A stretch of 64,000 nucleotides of DNA from Eledone cirrhosa (GCA_964016885.1 OZ024761.1:6200001-6264000); one strand, 5' to 3'. Shown: positions 12,240 to 27,490, counted from the stretch's first letter. Made by a program: numbers and translations. Notes: generated from the sequence alone by a model not told the origin.

Positions 12240-15200
12240 GTCCCCACCACTACACACCACCATGTCCCCCACCGCTCTACACACCACCATATCCCCCACC
12301 GCTCTACACACCACCATGTCCCCCACCACTCTACACACCACCATGTCCCCCACCACTACACACCACCATGTCCCCCACCGCTCTACACACCACCATGTCC
12401 CCACCGCTCTACACACCACCATGTCCCCACCACTCTACACACCACCATGTCCCCACCACTACACACCACCATGTCCCCCACCACTCTACACACCACCATG
12501 TCCCCACCACTACACACCACCATGTCCCCCACCACTCTACACACCACCATGTCCCCCACCGCTCTACACACCACCATGTCCCCCACCACTCTACACACTA
12601 CCATGTCCCCCACCACTCTACACACCACCATGTCCCCCACCACTCTACACACCACCATGTCCCCACCACTACACACCACCATGTCCCCCACCACTCTACA
12701 CACCACCATGTCCCCACCACTACACACCACCATGTCCCCCACCGCTCTACACACCACCATGTCCCCACCACTCTACACACCATCATGTCCCCACAACAAC
12801 TCCACACCACCATGTCCCCACCACTCTACACACCATCATGTCCCCACCACTCTACACACCACCATGTCCCCCACCGCTCTACACACCACCATGTCCCCCA
12901 CCACTCTACACACCACCATGTCCCCACCGCTCTACACACCACCATGTCCCCACCACTCTACACACCACCATGTCCCCACCGCTCTACACACCACCATGTC
13001 CCCACCACTCTACACACCACCATGTCCCCACCACTCTACACACCACCATGTCCCCCACCGCTCTACACACCACCATGTCCCCACCGCTCTACACACCACC
13101 ATGTCCCCACCACTCTACACACCACCATGTCCCCACCACTACACACCACCATGTCCCCCACCACTCTACACACCACCATGTCCCCACCACTACACACCAC
13201 CATGTCCCCCACCACTCTACACACCACCATGTCCCCCACCGCTCTACACACCACCATGTCCCCCACCACTCTACACACTACCATGTCCCCCACCACTCTA
13301 CACACCACCATGTCCCCCACCACTCTACACACCACCATGTCCCCACCACTACACACCACCATGTCCCCCACCACTCTACACACCACCATGTCCCCACCAC
13401 TACACACCACCATGTCCCCCACCGCTCTACACACCACCATGTCCCCACCACTCTACACACCATCATGTCCCCACAACAACTCCACACCACCATGTCCCCA
13501 CCACTCTACACACCATCATGTCCCCACCACTCTACACACCACCATGTCCCCCACCGCTCTACACACCACCATGTCCCCCACCACTCTACACACCACCATG
13601 TCCCCACCGCTCTACACACCACCATGTCCCCACCACTCTACACACCACCATGTCCCCACCGCTCTACACACCACCATGTCCCCACCACTCTACACACCAC
13701 CATGTCCCCACCACTCTACACACCACCATGTCCCCCACCGCTCTACACACCACCATGTCCCCACCGCTCTACACACCACCATGTCCCCACCACTCTACAC
13801 ACCACCATGTCCCCACCACTACACACCACCATGTCCCCCACCACTCTACACACCACCATGTCCCCACCACTACACACCACCATGTCCCCCACCACTCTAC
13901 ACACCACCATGTCCCCCACCGCTCTACACACCACCATGTCCCCCACCACTCTACACACTACCATGTCCCCCACCACTCTACACACCACCATGTCCCCCAC
14001 CACTCTACACACCACCATGTCCCCACCACTACACACCACCATGTCCCCCACCACTCTACACACCACCATGTCCCCACCACTACACACCACCATGTCCCCC
14101 ACCACTCTACACACCACCATGTCCCCACCACTACACACCACCATGTCCCCCACCGCTCTACACACCACCATGTCCCCACCACTCTACACACCACCATGTC
14201 CCCCACCGCTCTACACACCATCATGTCCCCACCACTCTACACACCACCATGTCCCCACCACTCTACACACCACCATGTCCCCACAACAACTCCACACCAC
14301 CATGTCCCCACCACTCTACACACCATCATGTCCCCACCACTCTACACACCATCATGTCCCCACCACTCTACACACCACCATGTCCCCCACCGCTCTACAC
14401 ACCACCATGTCCCCCACCACTCTACACACCACCATGTCCCCACCGCTCTACACACCACCATGTCCCCACCACTCTACACACCACCATGTCCCCCACCACT
14501 CTACACACCACCATGTCCCCCACCACTCTACACACCACCATGTCCCCACCGCTCTACACACCACCATGTCCCCACCACTCTACACACCACCATGTCCCCC
14601 ACCACTCTACACACCACCATGTCCCCACCGCTCTACACACCACCATGTCCCCACCACTCTACACACCATCATGTCCCCCACCACTCTACACACCACCATG
14701 TCCCCCACCACTCTACACACCACCATGTCCCCACCGCTCTACACACCACCATGTCCCCACCACTCTACACACCATCATGTCCCCACAACAACTCCACACC
14801 ACCATGTCCCCACCACTCTACACACCATCATGTCCCCACCACTCTACACACCACCATGTCCCCCACCGCTCTACACACCATCATGTCCCCACCACTCTAC
14901 ACACCACCATGTCCCCACCACTCTACACACCACCATGTCCCCACAACAACTCCACACCACCATGTCCCCACCACTCTACACACCATCATGTCCCCACCAC
15001 TCTACACACCACCATGTCCCCACCACTCTACACACCACCATGTCCCCCACCACTCTACACACCACCATGTCCCCACCGCTCTACACACCACCATGTCCCC
15101 ACCACTCTACACACCACCATGTCCCCCACCGCTCTACACACCACCATGTCCCCACCACTCTACACACCACCATGTCCCCCACCGCTCTACACACCATCAT

Positions 15201-18200
15201 GTCCCCACCACTCTACACACCATCATGTCCCCACCACTCTACACACCACCATGTCCCCCACCGCTCTACACACCATCATGTCCCCACCACTCTACACACC
15301 ACCATGTCCCCACCACTCTACACACCACCATGTCCCCCACCACTCTACACACCACCATGTCCCCCACCACTCTACACACCACCATGTCCCCCACCACTCT
15401 ACACACCACCATGTCCCCACCGCTCTACACACCACCATGTCCCCACCACTCTACACACCACCATGTCCCCACCACTACACACCACCATGTCCCCACCACT
15501 CTACACACCACCATGTCCCCCACCACTCTACACACCACCATGTCCCCACCGCTCTACACACCACCATGTCCCCCACCACTCTACACACCACCATGTCCCC
15601 ACCACTACACACCACCATGTCCCCACCACTCTACACACCACCATGTCCCCCACCACTCTACACACCACCATGTCCCCCACCACTCTACACACCACCATGT
15701 CCCCACCGCTCTACACACCACCATGTCCCCCACCGCTCTACACACCACCATGTCCCCCACCGCTCTACACACCACCATGTCCCCCACCGCTCTACACACC
15801 ACCATGTCCCCACCACTCTACACACCATCATGTCCCCACCGCTCTACACACCACCATGTCCCCCACCACTCTACACACCACCATGTCCCCACCACTACAC
15901 ACCACCATGTCCCCACCACTCTACACACCACCATGTCCCCCACCACTCTACACACCACCATGTCCCCCACCACTCTACACACCACCATGTCCCCACCGCT
16001 CTACACACCACCATGTCCCCCACCGCTCTACACACCACCATGTCCCCCACCGCTCTACACACCACCATGTCCCCCACCGCTCTACACACCACCATGTCCC
16101 CACCACTCTACACACCATCATGTCCCCACCGCTCTACACACCACCATGTCCCCCACCACTCTACACACCACCATGTCCCCACCGCTCTACACACCACCAT
16201 GTCCCCACCACTCTACACACCATCATGTCCCCACAACAACTCCACACCACCATGTCCCCACCACTCTACACACCATCATGTCCCCACCACTCTACACACC
16301 ACCATGTCCCCACCGCTCTACACACCACCATATCCCCCACCGCTCTACACACCACCATGTCCCCACCACTCTACACACCACCATGTCCCCACCACTCTAC
16401 ACACCACCATGTCCCCACCGCTCTACACACCACCATATCCCCCACCACTACACACCACCATGTCCCCACCGCTCTACACACCACCATATCCCCCACCGCT
16501 CTACACACCACCATGTCCCCCACCACTCTACACACCACCATGTCCCCACCACTCTACACACCATCATGTCCCCACAACAACTCCACACCACCATGTCCCC
16601 ACCACTCTACACACCATCATGTCCCCACCACTCTACACACCACCATATCCCCCACCACTACACACCACCATGTCCCCCACCGCTCTACACACCACCATGT
16701 CCCCACCACTCTACACACCACCATGTCCCCCACCGCTCTACACACCATCATGTCCCCACCACTCTACACACCACCATGTCCCCACAACAACTCCACACCA
16801 CCATGTCCCCACCACTCTACACACCATCATGTCCCCACCACTCTACACACCACCATGTCCCCACCACTCTACACACCACCATGTCCCCCACCACTCTACA
16901 CACCACCATGTCCCCACCGCTCTACACACCACCATGTCCCCACCACTCTACACACCACCATGTCCCCCACCACTCTACACACCACCATGTCCCCACCGCT
17001 CTACACACCACCATGTCCCCACCACTCTACACACCATCATGTCCCCCACCACTCTACACACCACCATGTCCCCCACCACTCTACACACCACCATGTCCCC
17101 ACCGCTCTACACACCACCATGTCCCCACCACTCTACACACCATCATGTCCCCACAACAACTCCACACCACCATGTCCCCACCACTCTACACACCATCATG
17201 TCCCCCACCGCTCTACACACCATCATGTCCCCACCACTCTACACACCACCATGTCCCCACCACTCTACACACCACCATGTCCCCACAACAACTCCACACC
17301 ACCATGTCCCCACCACTCTACACACCACCATGTCCCCACCACTCTACACACCACCATGTCCCCCACCACTCTACACACCACCATGTCCCCACCGCTCTAC
17401 ACACCACCATGTCCCCACCACTCTACACACCACCATGTCCCCCACCGCTCTACACACCACCATGTCCCCACCACTCTACACACCACCATGTCCCCCACCG
17501 CTCTACACACCATCATGTCCCCACCACTCTACACACCATCATGTCCCCACCACTCTACACACCACCATGTCCCCCACCGCTCTACACACCATCATGTCCC
17601 CACCACTCTACACACCACCATGTCCCCACCACTCTACACACCACCATGTCCCCCACCACTCTACACACCACCATGTCCCCCACCACTCTACACACCACCA
17701 TGTCCCCCACCACTCTACACACCACCATGTCCCCACCACTCTACACACCACCATGTCCCCACCACTCTACACACCACCATGTCCCCACCACTACACACCA
17801 CCATGTCCCCACCACTCTACACACCACCATGTCCCCCACCACTCTACACACCACCATGTCCCCACCGCTCTACACACCACCATGTCCCCCACCACTCTAC
17901 ACACCACCATGTCCCCACCACTACACACCACCATGTCCCCACCACTCTACACACCACCATGTCCCCCACCACTCTACACACCACCATGTCCCCCACCACT
18001 CTACACACCACCATGTCCCCACCGCTCTACACACCACCATGTCCCCCACCGCTCTACACACCATCATGTCCCCACCGCTCTACACACCACCATGTCCCCC
18101 ACCACTCTACACACCACCATGTCCCCACCGCTCTACACACCACCATGTCCCCACCACTCTACACACCATCATGTCCCCACAACAACTCCACACCACCATG

Positions 18201-19505
18201 TCCCCACCACTCTACACACCATCATGTCCCCACCACTCTACACACCACCATGTCCCCACCGCTCTACACACCACCATATCCCCCACCGCTCTACACACCA
18301 CCATGTCCCCACCACTCTACACACCACCATGTCCCCACCACTCTACACACCACCATGTCCCCACCGCTCTACACACCACCATATCCCCCACCACTACACA
18401 CCACCATGTCCCCACCGCTCTACACACCACCATATCCCCCACCGCTCTACACACCACCATGTCCCCCACCACTCTACACACCACCATGTCCCCACCACTA
18501 CACACCACCATGTCCCCCACCGCTCTACACACCACCATGTCCCCCACCACTCTACACACCACCATGTCCCCACCGCTCTACACACCACCATGTCCCCCAC
18601 CGCTCTACACACCACCATGTCCCCACCACTCTACACACCACCATGTCCCCCACCACTACACACCACCATGTCCCCCACCGCTCTACACACCACCTTGTCC
18701 CCACCACTCTACACACCACCATGTCCCCACCGCTCTACACACCACCATGTCCCCCACCGCTCTACACACCACCTTGTCCCCACCACTCTACACACCACCA
18801 TGTCCCCCACCACTCTACACACCACCATGTCCCCCACCGCTCTACACACCACCATGTCCCCACCGCTCTACACACCACCATGTCCCCACCGCTCTACACA
18901 CCACCATGTCCCCACCACTCTACACACCACCATGTCCCCCACCGCTCTACACACCACCATGTCCCCACCACTCTACACACCACCATGTCCCCCACCGCTC
19001 TACACACCACCATGTCCCCACCACTCTACACACCACCATGTCCCCCACCGCTCTACACACCACCATGTCCCCACCGCTCTACACACCACCATGTCCCCAC
19101 CGCTCTACACACCACCATGTCCCCACCACTCTACACACCACCATGTCCCCCACCGCTCTACACACCACCATGTCCCCACCACTCTACACACCACCATGTC
19201 CCCACCACTCTACACACCACCATGTCCCCACCACTACACACCACCATGTCCCCACCACTACACACCACCATGTCCCCACCACTCTACACACCACCATGTC
19301 CCCACCACTCTACACACCACCATGTCCCCCACCACTCTACACACCACCATGTCCCCACCGCTCTACACACCACCATGTCCCCCACCACTCTACACACCAC
19401 CATGTCCCCACAACAACTCCACACCACCATGTCCCCACCACTCCACACCACCATGTCCCCACCACTACACACCACCATGTCCCCACAACAACTCCACACT
19501 ACCAT
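12240..19505. repeat. 7.3-kb minisatellite of 24-27-bp units (ccccaccrctctacacaccaccatgt) with higher-order blocks
   Basis: direct reading; identical ORF artefacts at 12383/13063/13743 show a 680-bp higher-order period. Confidence 0.95.
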
Positions 19506-19889
19506 ATGACATATCCCAACAACAGCCAACACAATATTTTCACACTACACACCCCGCAAAACATCAAACCCTCCCTGAAAACCCTGCACACCATTGATCA
19601 ACTCATTGACATTAACACCTCCGATTTAGCATGTAAACATACCGTGTGCCCTTTGCACAGCCGAGAAAAGTTTCATACTGAACATTCAACGTGGAATATG
19701 TCGACTTGTAACTCTTACTAAAACATATTGAAAAATAGTATGGATCAATAGTTGTTATATTGTTGAAGTGCCGTGTAAACAGGGGTGATTTCTTGCTTCT
19801 CCAGTGCTGTGAAAAGTGGAGGAGACTCGGTGGTGACAAATACCTTTCCATAGTCGACGAAGGCGAAGTTGAATTAGTTTGCCTTCACT

Positions 19890-20170
19890 TGTAGTTGACA
19901 AACTACCTGGATGTGGTCAAACCCTGGGTCTCCAGTTGGTTTTGCACGTCAAATCTGCCCAGCGATTCTTTCCTGAGACATTCTAACCATATGGCCATAG
20001 TATCAGAGCTGTGATCTTTCAATTCGGAGAAGTAGCGGCTCTACCTAGAGTGACTCGCCGATCTCCGCACTTTATCGAGTAACGTTACTCCAAAGACCCT
20101 TCGGAGGAACCCCATTTCGGCCGCTTGTGTTCGCGATCGTATTCTTTCAGTCATTAAACGAGATTCATGA

Positions 20171-20172
<2 letters not shown>
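19890..20172 (-). mobile_element. RTE-clade LINE 3' fragment
   Basis: YGHESRLMTERIRSRTQAAEMGFLRRVFGVTLLDKVR; same family as 43555 and 52965. Confidence 0.8.
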
Positions 20173-20208
<36 letters not shown>

Positions 20209-20298
20209 CAAATTTAGACGGGAACAAAACAGAGAGGTAGACAATTAAAGGTTTATTAGGTTCACGCTTTTGAGATATATATATATATATATATATAG

Positions 20299-20335
<37 letters not shown>

Positions 20336-20703
20336 TGTAATAAACAACATAAGATAATTATTTCATTTACCAGTGGTTTCTTGAAAGCAACCAAAATTGC
20401 TTTCATTCATCAGAATGAAAAAATCCTGGTGTCTTTATTGACAGTGGATTTGAAAAACAAAAATATAACAGATATGAAAGTGAGGCTGGAGGAGGAAAAA
20501 AAACGGGGGGGGGGAATAATAAATAAGAATATACAACAACACTCACGTACACACGCACACACGCACACACACTCACATATATACATATATATATATGCAT
20601 ATATACACGCATATATACACATATATATACACAGAGACACATATACACACACATATACAATATTTGTTTCGACACACGATTTCATATCAAACACCTCGCA
20701 AAA

Positions 20704-20770
<67 letters not shown>

Positions 20771-20775
<5 letters not shown>

Positions 20776-20962
20776 AACGAGTAGGACCCCGACGGCTGAG
20801 CTCAAGCCGTTTCGACGGCTAATTCCGGACCGAATTAGCCGTCGAAACGGCTTGAGCTCAGCCGTCTGGATCCTACTCGTTCCTATTACCCACTCTACTA
20901 CCCTAAGTATTGAGTACTTTGGTGCGTTATGGTCCATCTGGTTCCTTACCACATTCCCTTCG

Positions 20963-20964
<2 letters not shown>
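20771..20964. mobile_element. fold-back element family A (HHR 3' half duplicated in inverted orientation, plus unpaired tail)
   Basis: palindrome 20771-20886 containing GAAACggct..agccGTC; relatives at 10435-10563, 29756-29914, 32500-32703, 36066-36175 and 56570-56745. Confidence 0.8.
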
Positions 20965-21027
<63 letters not shown>

Positions 21028-21062
21028 GGTGTTAAAGTTTGCTTGAAGCATTGTGAAATGTG

Positions 21063-21372
21063 TAAAATACGTAGTTTAGAAAGCCACAACAATGCAGAGG
21101 GAAATCTCGAGGTAGGAAGTGAATGATAGATAAGAGAAATAGGAGAAAGTGAAAATAGAGAGAGACAAAGATGAAAACAAAACAAAGGTAGAAGGGTTAC
21201 CGTAGTGGAGATTTAATCCTTGGGATTAAATCTCCACTACGGTAACCCTTCTACCTTTGTTTTGTTTTCATCTTTGTCTCTCTCAATTTTCACTTTCACC
21301 TGTTTTTCCTATCTATCTTTCACTTCCTACCTCGAGATTTCCCTCTGCATTGTTGTGGCTTTCTAAACTACG

Positions 21373-21379
<7 letters not shown>
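21063..21379. repeat. long fold-back palindrome (~158-bp arms)
   Basis: arms are near-perfect reverse complements centred near 21221; right arm ends at (TA)n. Confidence 0.9.
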
Positions 21380-21421
<42 letters not shown>

Positions 21422-21428
<7 letters not shown>

Positions 21429-21778
21429 AGAAATTAAAAGATGGTTGAAAAAGTTCCATATATTTTATTATGCGCATTTCGAAAACAACATCACCCTGGG
21501 CCAAAAATTGTTTTCATCAGATAAAATAAGGTAAAATGATATGAGGTCTAAAAACACTTGTCAACAAGAAAGCGTTCAGCCTACATATTCTTGTTGACAA
21601 GTCTACACTTGTTGACAATCTACATTTTCTTGTTGACAAGTGTTTTTAGGCCTCATATCATGTTACCTTATTTTATTTGTTGAGAATACAATTGTTGACC
21701 CAGGGTGATGTTGTTTTCGAGATGCCCATAATAAAATATATGGAACTTTTTTAACCATCTTTTAATTTCTTCTTTAAT
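21422..21778. repeat. fold-back palindrome carrying an HHR in each arm
   Basis: aaagaagaaattaaaagatgg.. / ..ccatcttttaatttcttcttt; centre ~21600. Confidence 0.85.
21461..21528 (-). ncRNA. type I hammerhead ribozyme
   Basis: tattttat-CTGATGA-aaacaa..ttgttttc-GAAA-tgcgca-TA-ataaaata; the mirror copy at ~21670-21737 (+) has a decayed core. Confidence 0.78.
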
Positions 21779-21858
21779 ATATACTCCAGTTCTACCAACT
21801 GCTGAGTGCTACTTATCTGATATATGCATAGTTTTATTGTTCTACAATATTATTCACC

Positions 21859-21959
<101 letters not shown>

Positions 21960-22294
21960 TACATATATGTGTGTGTGTGTGTGTGTGAAAGAAAAAGATC
22001 ACGTGGGAAGTAAAGGAAAATTACTCCATGGTGCATGTGTGTGTATATGTGTGTGTATATATATATGTGTGTGGGTATGTGTGTATATATGTGTGTGGGT
22101 ATGTGTGTATATATGTGTGTGTATATGTGTACATATATAAGTATTTTTGTGTAGTTGTGTTTGCTCGTGTGTGTGTATGTGTCTGTACTTCGCTTTGTGT
22201 TTGTGTGTGTATGTGTATGTGTTTATATGTGTGTGTGTGTATATGTGTGTGTGCGTAAATATCCTAAGAAAACAATAATGAATGTTTATTCATC

Positions 22295-22344
22295 CACCAC
22301 TACCACTACTACTACCACTACTACTACGATTACTACTGCTGCTG

Positions 22345-22384
<40 letters not shown>

Positions 22385-22395
22385 CACTACTACTG

Positions 22396-22448
<53 letters not shown>

Positions 22449-22670
22449 GCTACTACTACCACTACCACCATTACTACCAACACTAGTACTACTACTACTA
22501 CTACAACCACTACTACCACCACCACCACCACTACTACCACTACTGTTGCTACTACTACTACTACTACACCACTACTACTACTAATAATACTACTACTACC
22601 ACCACCACCACCACCACCATTACTACTAGTACTACTACTGCTACTAATACTACTACTACCACCACCATTG

Positions 22671-22722
<52 letters not shown>

Positions 22723-22868
22723 ACCACCACTACTACTACTAATACTACTACGACCACCACCACCACCACCACCATTACTACTAGTACTACTACTGCTACT
22801 AATACTACTACTACCACCACCATTGCTACTACTACTACTAATACTACCACCATTACCACCACCACTGC
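22295..22868. repeat. (CTA/CCA)n trinucleotide tract
   Basis: direct reading. Confidence 0.9.
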
Positions 22869-23054
22869 TACAACTCATAAAGTTGTGTGGACCAAAGAAA
22901 GTGCGTGTCAATTTGTGTGTGTATATATACATACACATATATATATATATATATACATACACACACATATATATATATATATATACATACACACACATAT
23001 ATATATATATACATACACACACATATATATATATATATATACATACACACACAC

Positions 23055-23085
<31 letters not shown>

Positions 23086-23108
23086 TATATATATATATAC
23101 ACACACAC

Positions 23109-23139
<31 letters not shown>

Positions 23140-23194
23140 TATATATACACACACACACACATATATATATACACACACACACACATATATATAT

Positions 23195-23225
<31 letters not shown>

Positions 23226-23244
23226 CACACACACATATATATAT

Positions 23245-23292
<48 letters not shown>

Positions 23293-23328
23293 GTACACAT
23301 GTGTGTGTATATATATATATATACACAC

Positions 23329-23363
<35 letters not shown>

Positions 23364-23374
23364 TATATATATAT

Positions 23375-23407
<33 letters not shown>

Positions 23408-23470
23408 CACTCACATATATATATATATTTATGTACACATATGTGTGTATATATATATATACACACACAC

Positions 23471-23501
<31 letters not shown>

Positions 23502-23751
23502 TATATATATGTACACATGTGTGTGTATATATATATATATATACACACAGGCATAACAGTCTTATTGTCTGGATCTTTTACTGACAGAATACCCCCACCC
23601 CACCCCCCTCCTCCTCATCCTCATCCTCACAACATCCCATCAAGATCCTATCTCTACACATCCCAATGTACTCTCCTCCTCCTTCTTCTTCTTCTTCTTC
23701 TTCTTCTTCTTCTTCAACAATCGATGGATCACAAAACTAAACTTATAGATG

Positions 23752-23765
23752 GTTGCTATGGAAAC
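23752..23765. promoter_or_regulatory. candidate RFX X-box
   Basis: GTTGCTATGGAAAC fits GTYNCY-AT-RGNAAC in a short unique island. Confidence 0.35.
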
Positions 23766-23829
23766 CGGGCAGATAGGAGTCTGCGTCGGAATTACACCAC
23801 CACCACCCCTCCCCCAATTGCACACGCAC

Positions 23830-23880
<51 letters not shown>

Positions 23881-23903
23881 TATATTTATACGTATACACA
23901 CAC

Positions 23904-23944
<41 letters not shown>

Positions 23945-23954
23945 TTTATATATG

Positions 23955-24001
<47 letters not shown>

Positions 24002-24420
24002 GTGTCTCTCTGTGTCTCTGTGTATGTATGAGTGTATATAGTAGTAAGATAGTCTCAGGAGAGCTAGGCAACAGAAGGTTTTCAAAGAAGCACCCAGCCC
24101 TACCTCAAGCATGTGTTTCGACCCTTAAACTTGTTCACAAATTTATGCAGACTTTTAAAAACTAAATTTAAAACCACATATCTCAATCCAGAATAACCTT
24201 CCGTTACAGTCCCCCGACATCATCGAGGGTATTTTCCCCACTGACCAATCATTAACCAGGCCCTAAGAATCCCGGAAATCGGAGGAGCTCGCCGTGAAGT
24301 TCATAATCTGACTAACCTTTCACCTTCAGTTTTAGGTGTGTCGTGCAACATGTTAAGGCTGTGTTAAGGTTTCATTATTAGAACCTTTGATGTTGTCGTG
24401 GACTTTTAATAGAAAGAAAA

Positions 24421-24944
24421 CGACCAAGTCAACCTCACTCCCATGTGGTGTTAATTAGGGACCAAGTCAACCTCACTCCCATGTGGTGTTAATTAGGGAC
24501 GAAGCTAACCTCACTCCCATGTGGTGTTGTTAATTAGGGACGGAGCTAACCTCACTCCCATGTGGTGTTGTTAATTAGGGACGAAACTAACCTCACTTCC
24601 ATGTGGTGTTGTTAATTAGGGACGAAGCTAACCTCACTTCCATGTGGTGTTGTTAATTAGGGACCAAGCTAACCTCACTTCCATGTGGTGCTGTTAATTA
24701 GGGACGAAGCTAACCTCACTTCCATGTGGTGTTGTTAATTAGGGACCAAGCTAACCTCACTTCCATGTGGTGTTGGTAATTAGGGACCAAGCTAACCTCA
24801 CTTCCATGTGGTGCTGTTAATTAGGGACCAAGCTAACCTCACTTCCATGTGGTGCTGTTAATTAGGGACGAAGCTAACCTCACTTCCATGTGGTGTTGTT
24901 AATTAGGGACCAAGCTAACCTCACTTCCATGTGGTGTTGTTAAT
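24421..24944. repeat. 41-bp minisatellite, ~13 copies
   Basis: gttaattagggac.aagctaacctcacttccatgtggtgtt tandem, no spacers. Confidence 0.92.
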
Positions 24945-24945
24945 T

Positions 24946-25011
24946 TATTTTATCTGATGAGGACGTACTGATGAAATAGCTCAGTACCTCTGAAATATGT
25001 ATAATAAAATA
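24946..25011 (+). ncRNA. type I hammerhead ribozyme
   Basis: tattttat-CTGATGA-..gtactga/tcagtac..-GAAA-tatgta-TA-ataaaata. Confidence 0.75.
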
Positions 25012-25182
25012 TATTTGATCACATGAATGTCTATATTTATTAATATTTTGAAGTAATATATATATATATATATATATATATCGACAGTCGATCAACTTTC
25101 ATCAAATCGGACCGAGGAAACAATGTTTCCGTTGGTCTTTCCAATTGCTAATATTACCTATCGGTCGCAACTGCAGGTAAAA

Positions 25183-25260
25183 GGAGCAACGTGAGATAAA
25201 GTTCCAGGAATCGAACTCACAATCTCACGATTGCGAATCCAAATCTCTAACTACTCACCC
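25183..25260 (-). mobile_element. tRNA-SINE head fragment (CORE-like)
   Basis: B-box gagttcgattcc followed by actttatctcacgttgctcc, shared with 43075-43310. Confidence 0.55.
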
Positions 25261-25357
<97 letters not shown>

Positions 25358-25676
25358 TTTTCAGTCTCCTTCTCAACAAGGAAGATGAACAAACTTACTT
25401 CAGCACTTAATTTTAAATCTTTAACTTTTAGTTTTTAATTCTTATTAATTCTTTTTAATTGTAATACTCAAAATTTGATAAGATGGATTTTACTAATACA
25501 TCGAAACTGGTAATACTTTATATACTTTATATACTTTATATACTTTATATACTTTAGATACATTATATACTTTATATACTTTATATGCTTTAGATACATT
25601 ATATACATTATATAACTCTTTTTTAAAAGAATTGAACCTCTCATTTTTTCAATAATGTCTCTTTCCAACTTCACCA

Positions 25677-25805
<129 letters not shown>

Positions 25806-25969
25806 CAAATAGTTTATCGCTCTTCATGGGTGAATACAATAAATGTAATCTGAGTTTTTCGAATATTAATAATAATATTCGATTAGTTTGCAATCATGCT
25901 AACAGCCTTGTTAAGCCATATCAGTAGAATGATCGCGCATTCTTGCTCTTGTGTTAGCATGTAAACAGA

Positions 25970-26016
25970 ACTGCAGACACTAATGTTTCTAGGTGATTAC
26001 CCTTCATCAGTACAGT
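25970..26016 (-). ncRNA. type I hammerhead ribozyme
   Basis: actgta-CTGATGA-agggt/acct-aGAAA-cattagtg-TC-tgcagt; same family as 37779-37828. Confidence 0.75.
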
Positions 26017-26090
26017 ATACTGCTTTCCTGCCAACTGTCAGAGCTAGTGAAAATATATGATATTTTCTGAAATATATAGCGACTGATCTG

Positions 26091-26148
<58 letters not shown>

Positions 26149-26149
26149 T

Positions 26150-26202
26150 GAGATTCTACAGGACTAGAACTGTTTCATTCTTTAGAAATCATCAGGAATC
26201 TC
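26150..26202 (-). ncRNA. type I hammerhead ribozyme with perfect 7-bp stem I
   Basis: gagattc-CTGATGA-tttctaaagaat-GAAA-cag ttctagtc ctg-TA-gaatctc. Confidence 0.8.
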
Positions 26203-26326
26203 TGATGATTTCTTTAGAAATCATCAGGATTCCTGATGATTTTTTCATCTATATTAAACTTTTATACTCTGCAATGTATTGAGTACCTTACTTACTGTGG
26301 TTACCTCCGATTCAACCCGGAATAAC

Positions 26327-26391
<65 letters not shown>

Positions 26392-26649
26392 ATATGTAGT
26401 TTCCTGAGTTTGTTGGGGTGGGGTAAGATAAAGTTGGTTAAAAAGGTTCTCAATACGTTGGTAGAGTACAGGCATCTTTATCATATATAGAAATGACTTC
26501 TACAGGACTAGACCTGTTTCGTATGAAATTATCAGATAATTTCATAAGGATGAAACCGTTCTAGTGCTGTAGTCATTTCTATATATAATAAATATATAGA
26601 ATTAAAAAATGCGATGTAGTTTTAGATGTTAAAGTCCTTTATTGATAAG

Positions 26650-26725
26650 GCTGAGATACATATTTCAAGGACGTCAGTGGCCACGTGATTCCACGCAACC
26701 AATGCCATGGTCTCATCAGACAGCT
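26650..26725 (-). ncRNA. type I hammerhead ribozyme-like motif
   Basis: gctgt-CTGATGA-long imperfect stem II-GAAA-tatgta-TC-tcagc. Confidence 0.6.
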
Positions 26726-26899
26726 TCATTACATAATAAGGTTACGTTGTCGAGGCAATCCAAATTAAAACGACAAGGGAACGGACAAAGATGATCTTGA
26801 AGCCTTCGCCCCGTTATCTGTTTATAGCCATGTCTTCTACACTACACACACATACACATTAAGACATACGCACACTGAGACATACACACACGTGACACG

Positions 26900-27113
26900 T
26901 ATGTGTGTGTCTGTTTGTGTGTGTGTGTCTGTGTGTGTTTGTGTGTGTGTGTCTGTTTGTGTGTGGGTGTGTTTGTGTGTGTGTGTATGTTTGTGTGTCG
27001 GTGTGTCTGTTCGTGTGTGTGTGTGTTTGTATGTGTGTGTATGTTTGTGTGTGGGTGTGTTTGTGTGTGTGTGTCTGTTTGTGTGTGGGTGTGTTTGTGT
27101 GTGTGTGTCTGTT

Positions 27114-27146
<33 letters not shown>

Positions 27147-27455
27147 TTGTATGTGTGTGTGGGTGTGTTTGTGTGTGTGTGTCTGTTTGTGTTTGTGTGT
27201 GTGTGTCTGTTTGTGTGTGGGTGTGTTTGTGTGTGTGTGTCTGTTCGTGTATATGTGTGTATGTGTGTGTGTCTGTTTGTGTGTGGGTGTGTTTGTGTGT
27301 GTGTGTCTGTTTGTGTGTCGGTGTGTCTGTTCGTGTGTGTGTGTGTCTGTTCGTGTGTGTGTGTGTGTGTTTGTATGTGTGTGTCTGTTTGTGTGTGGGT
27401 GTGTTTGTGTGTGTGTGTCTGTTTGTGTGTGTGTGTGTTTGTGTGTGTGTCTGTT

Positions 27456-27490
<35 letters not shown>

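Noticed and set aside
11404-19721. 2400-2700 aa Pro/His/Thr-rich ORFs as mucin or extensin genes
   Set aside because: All three frames are open and unit lengths of 24/26/27 bp shift the frame constantly, which marks a minisatellite artefact
24450-24910. Telomeric array
   Set aside because: Only one TTAGGG per 41-bp unit, not tandem telomere repeats
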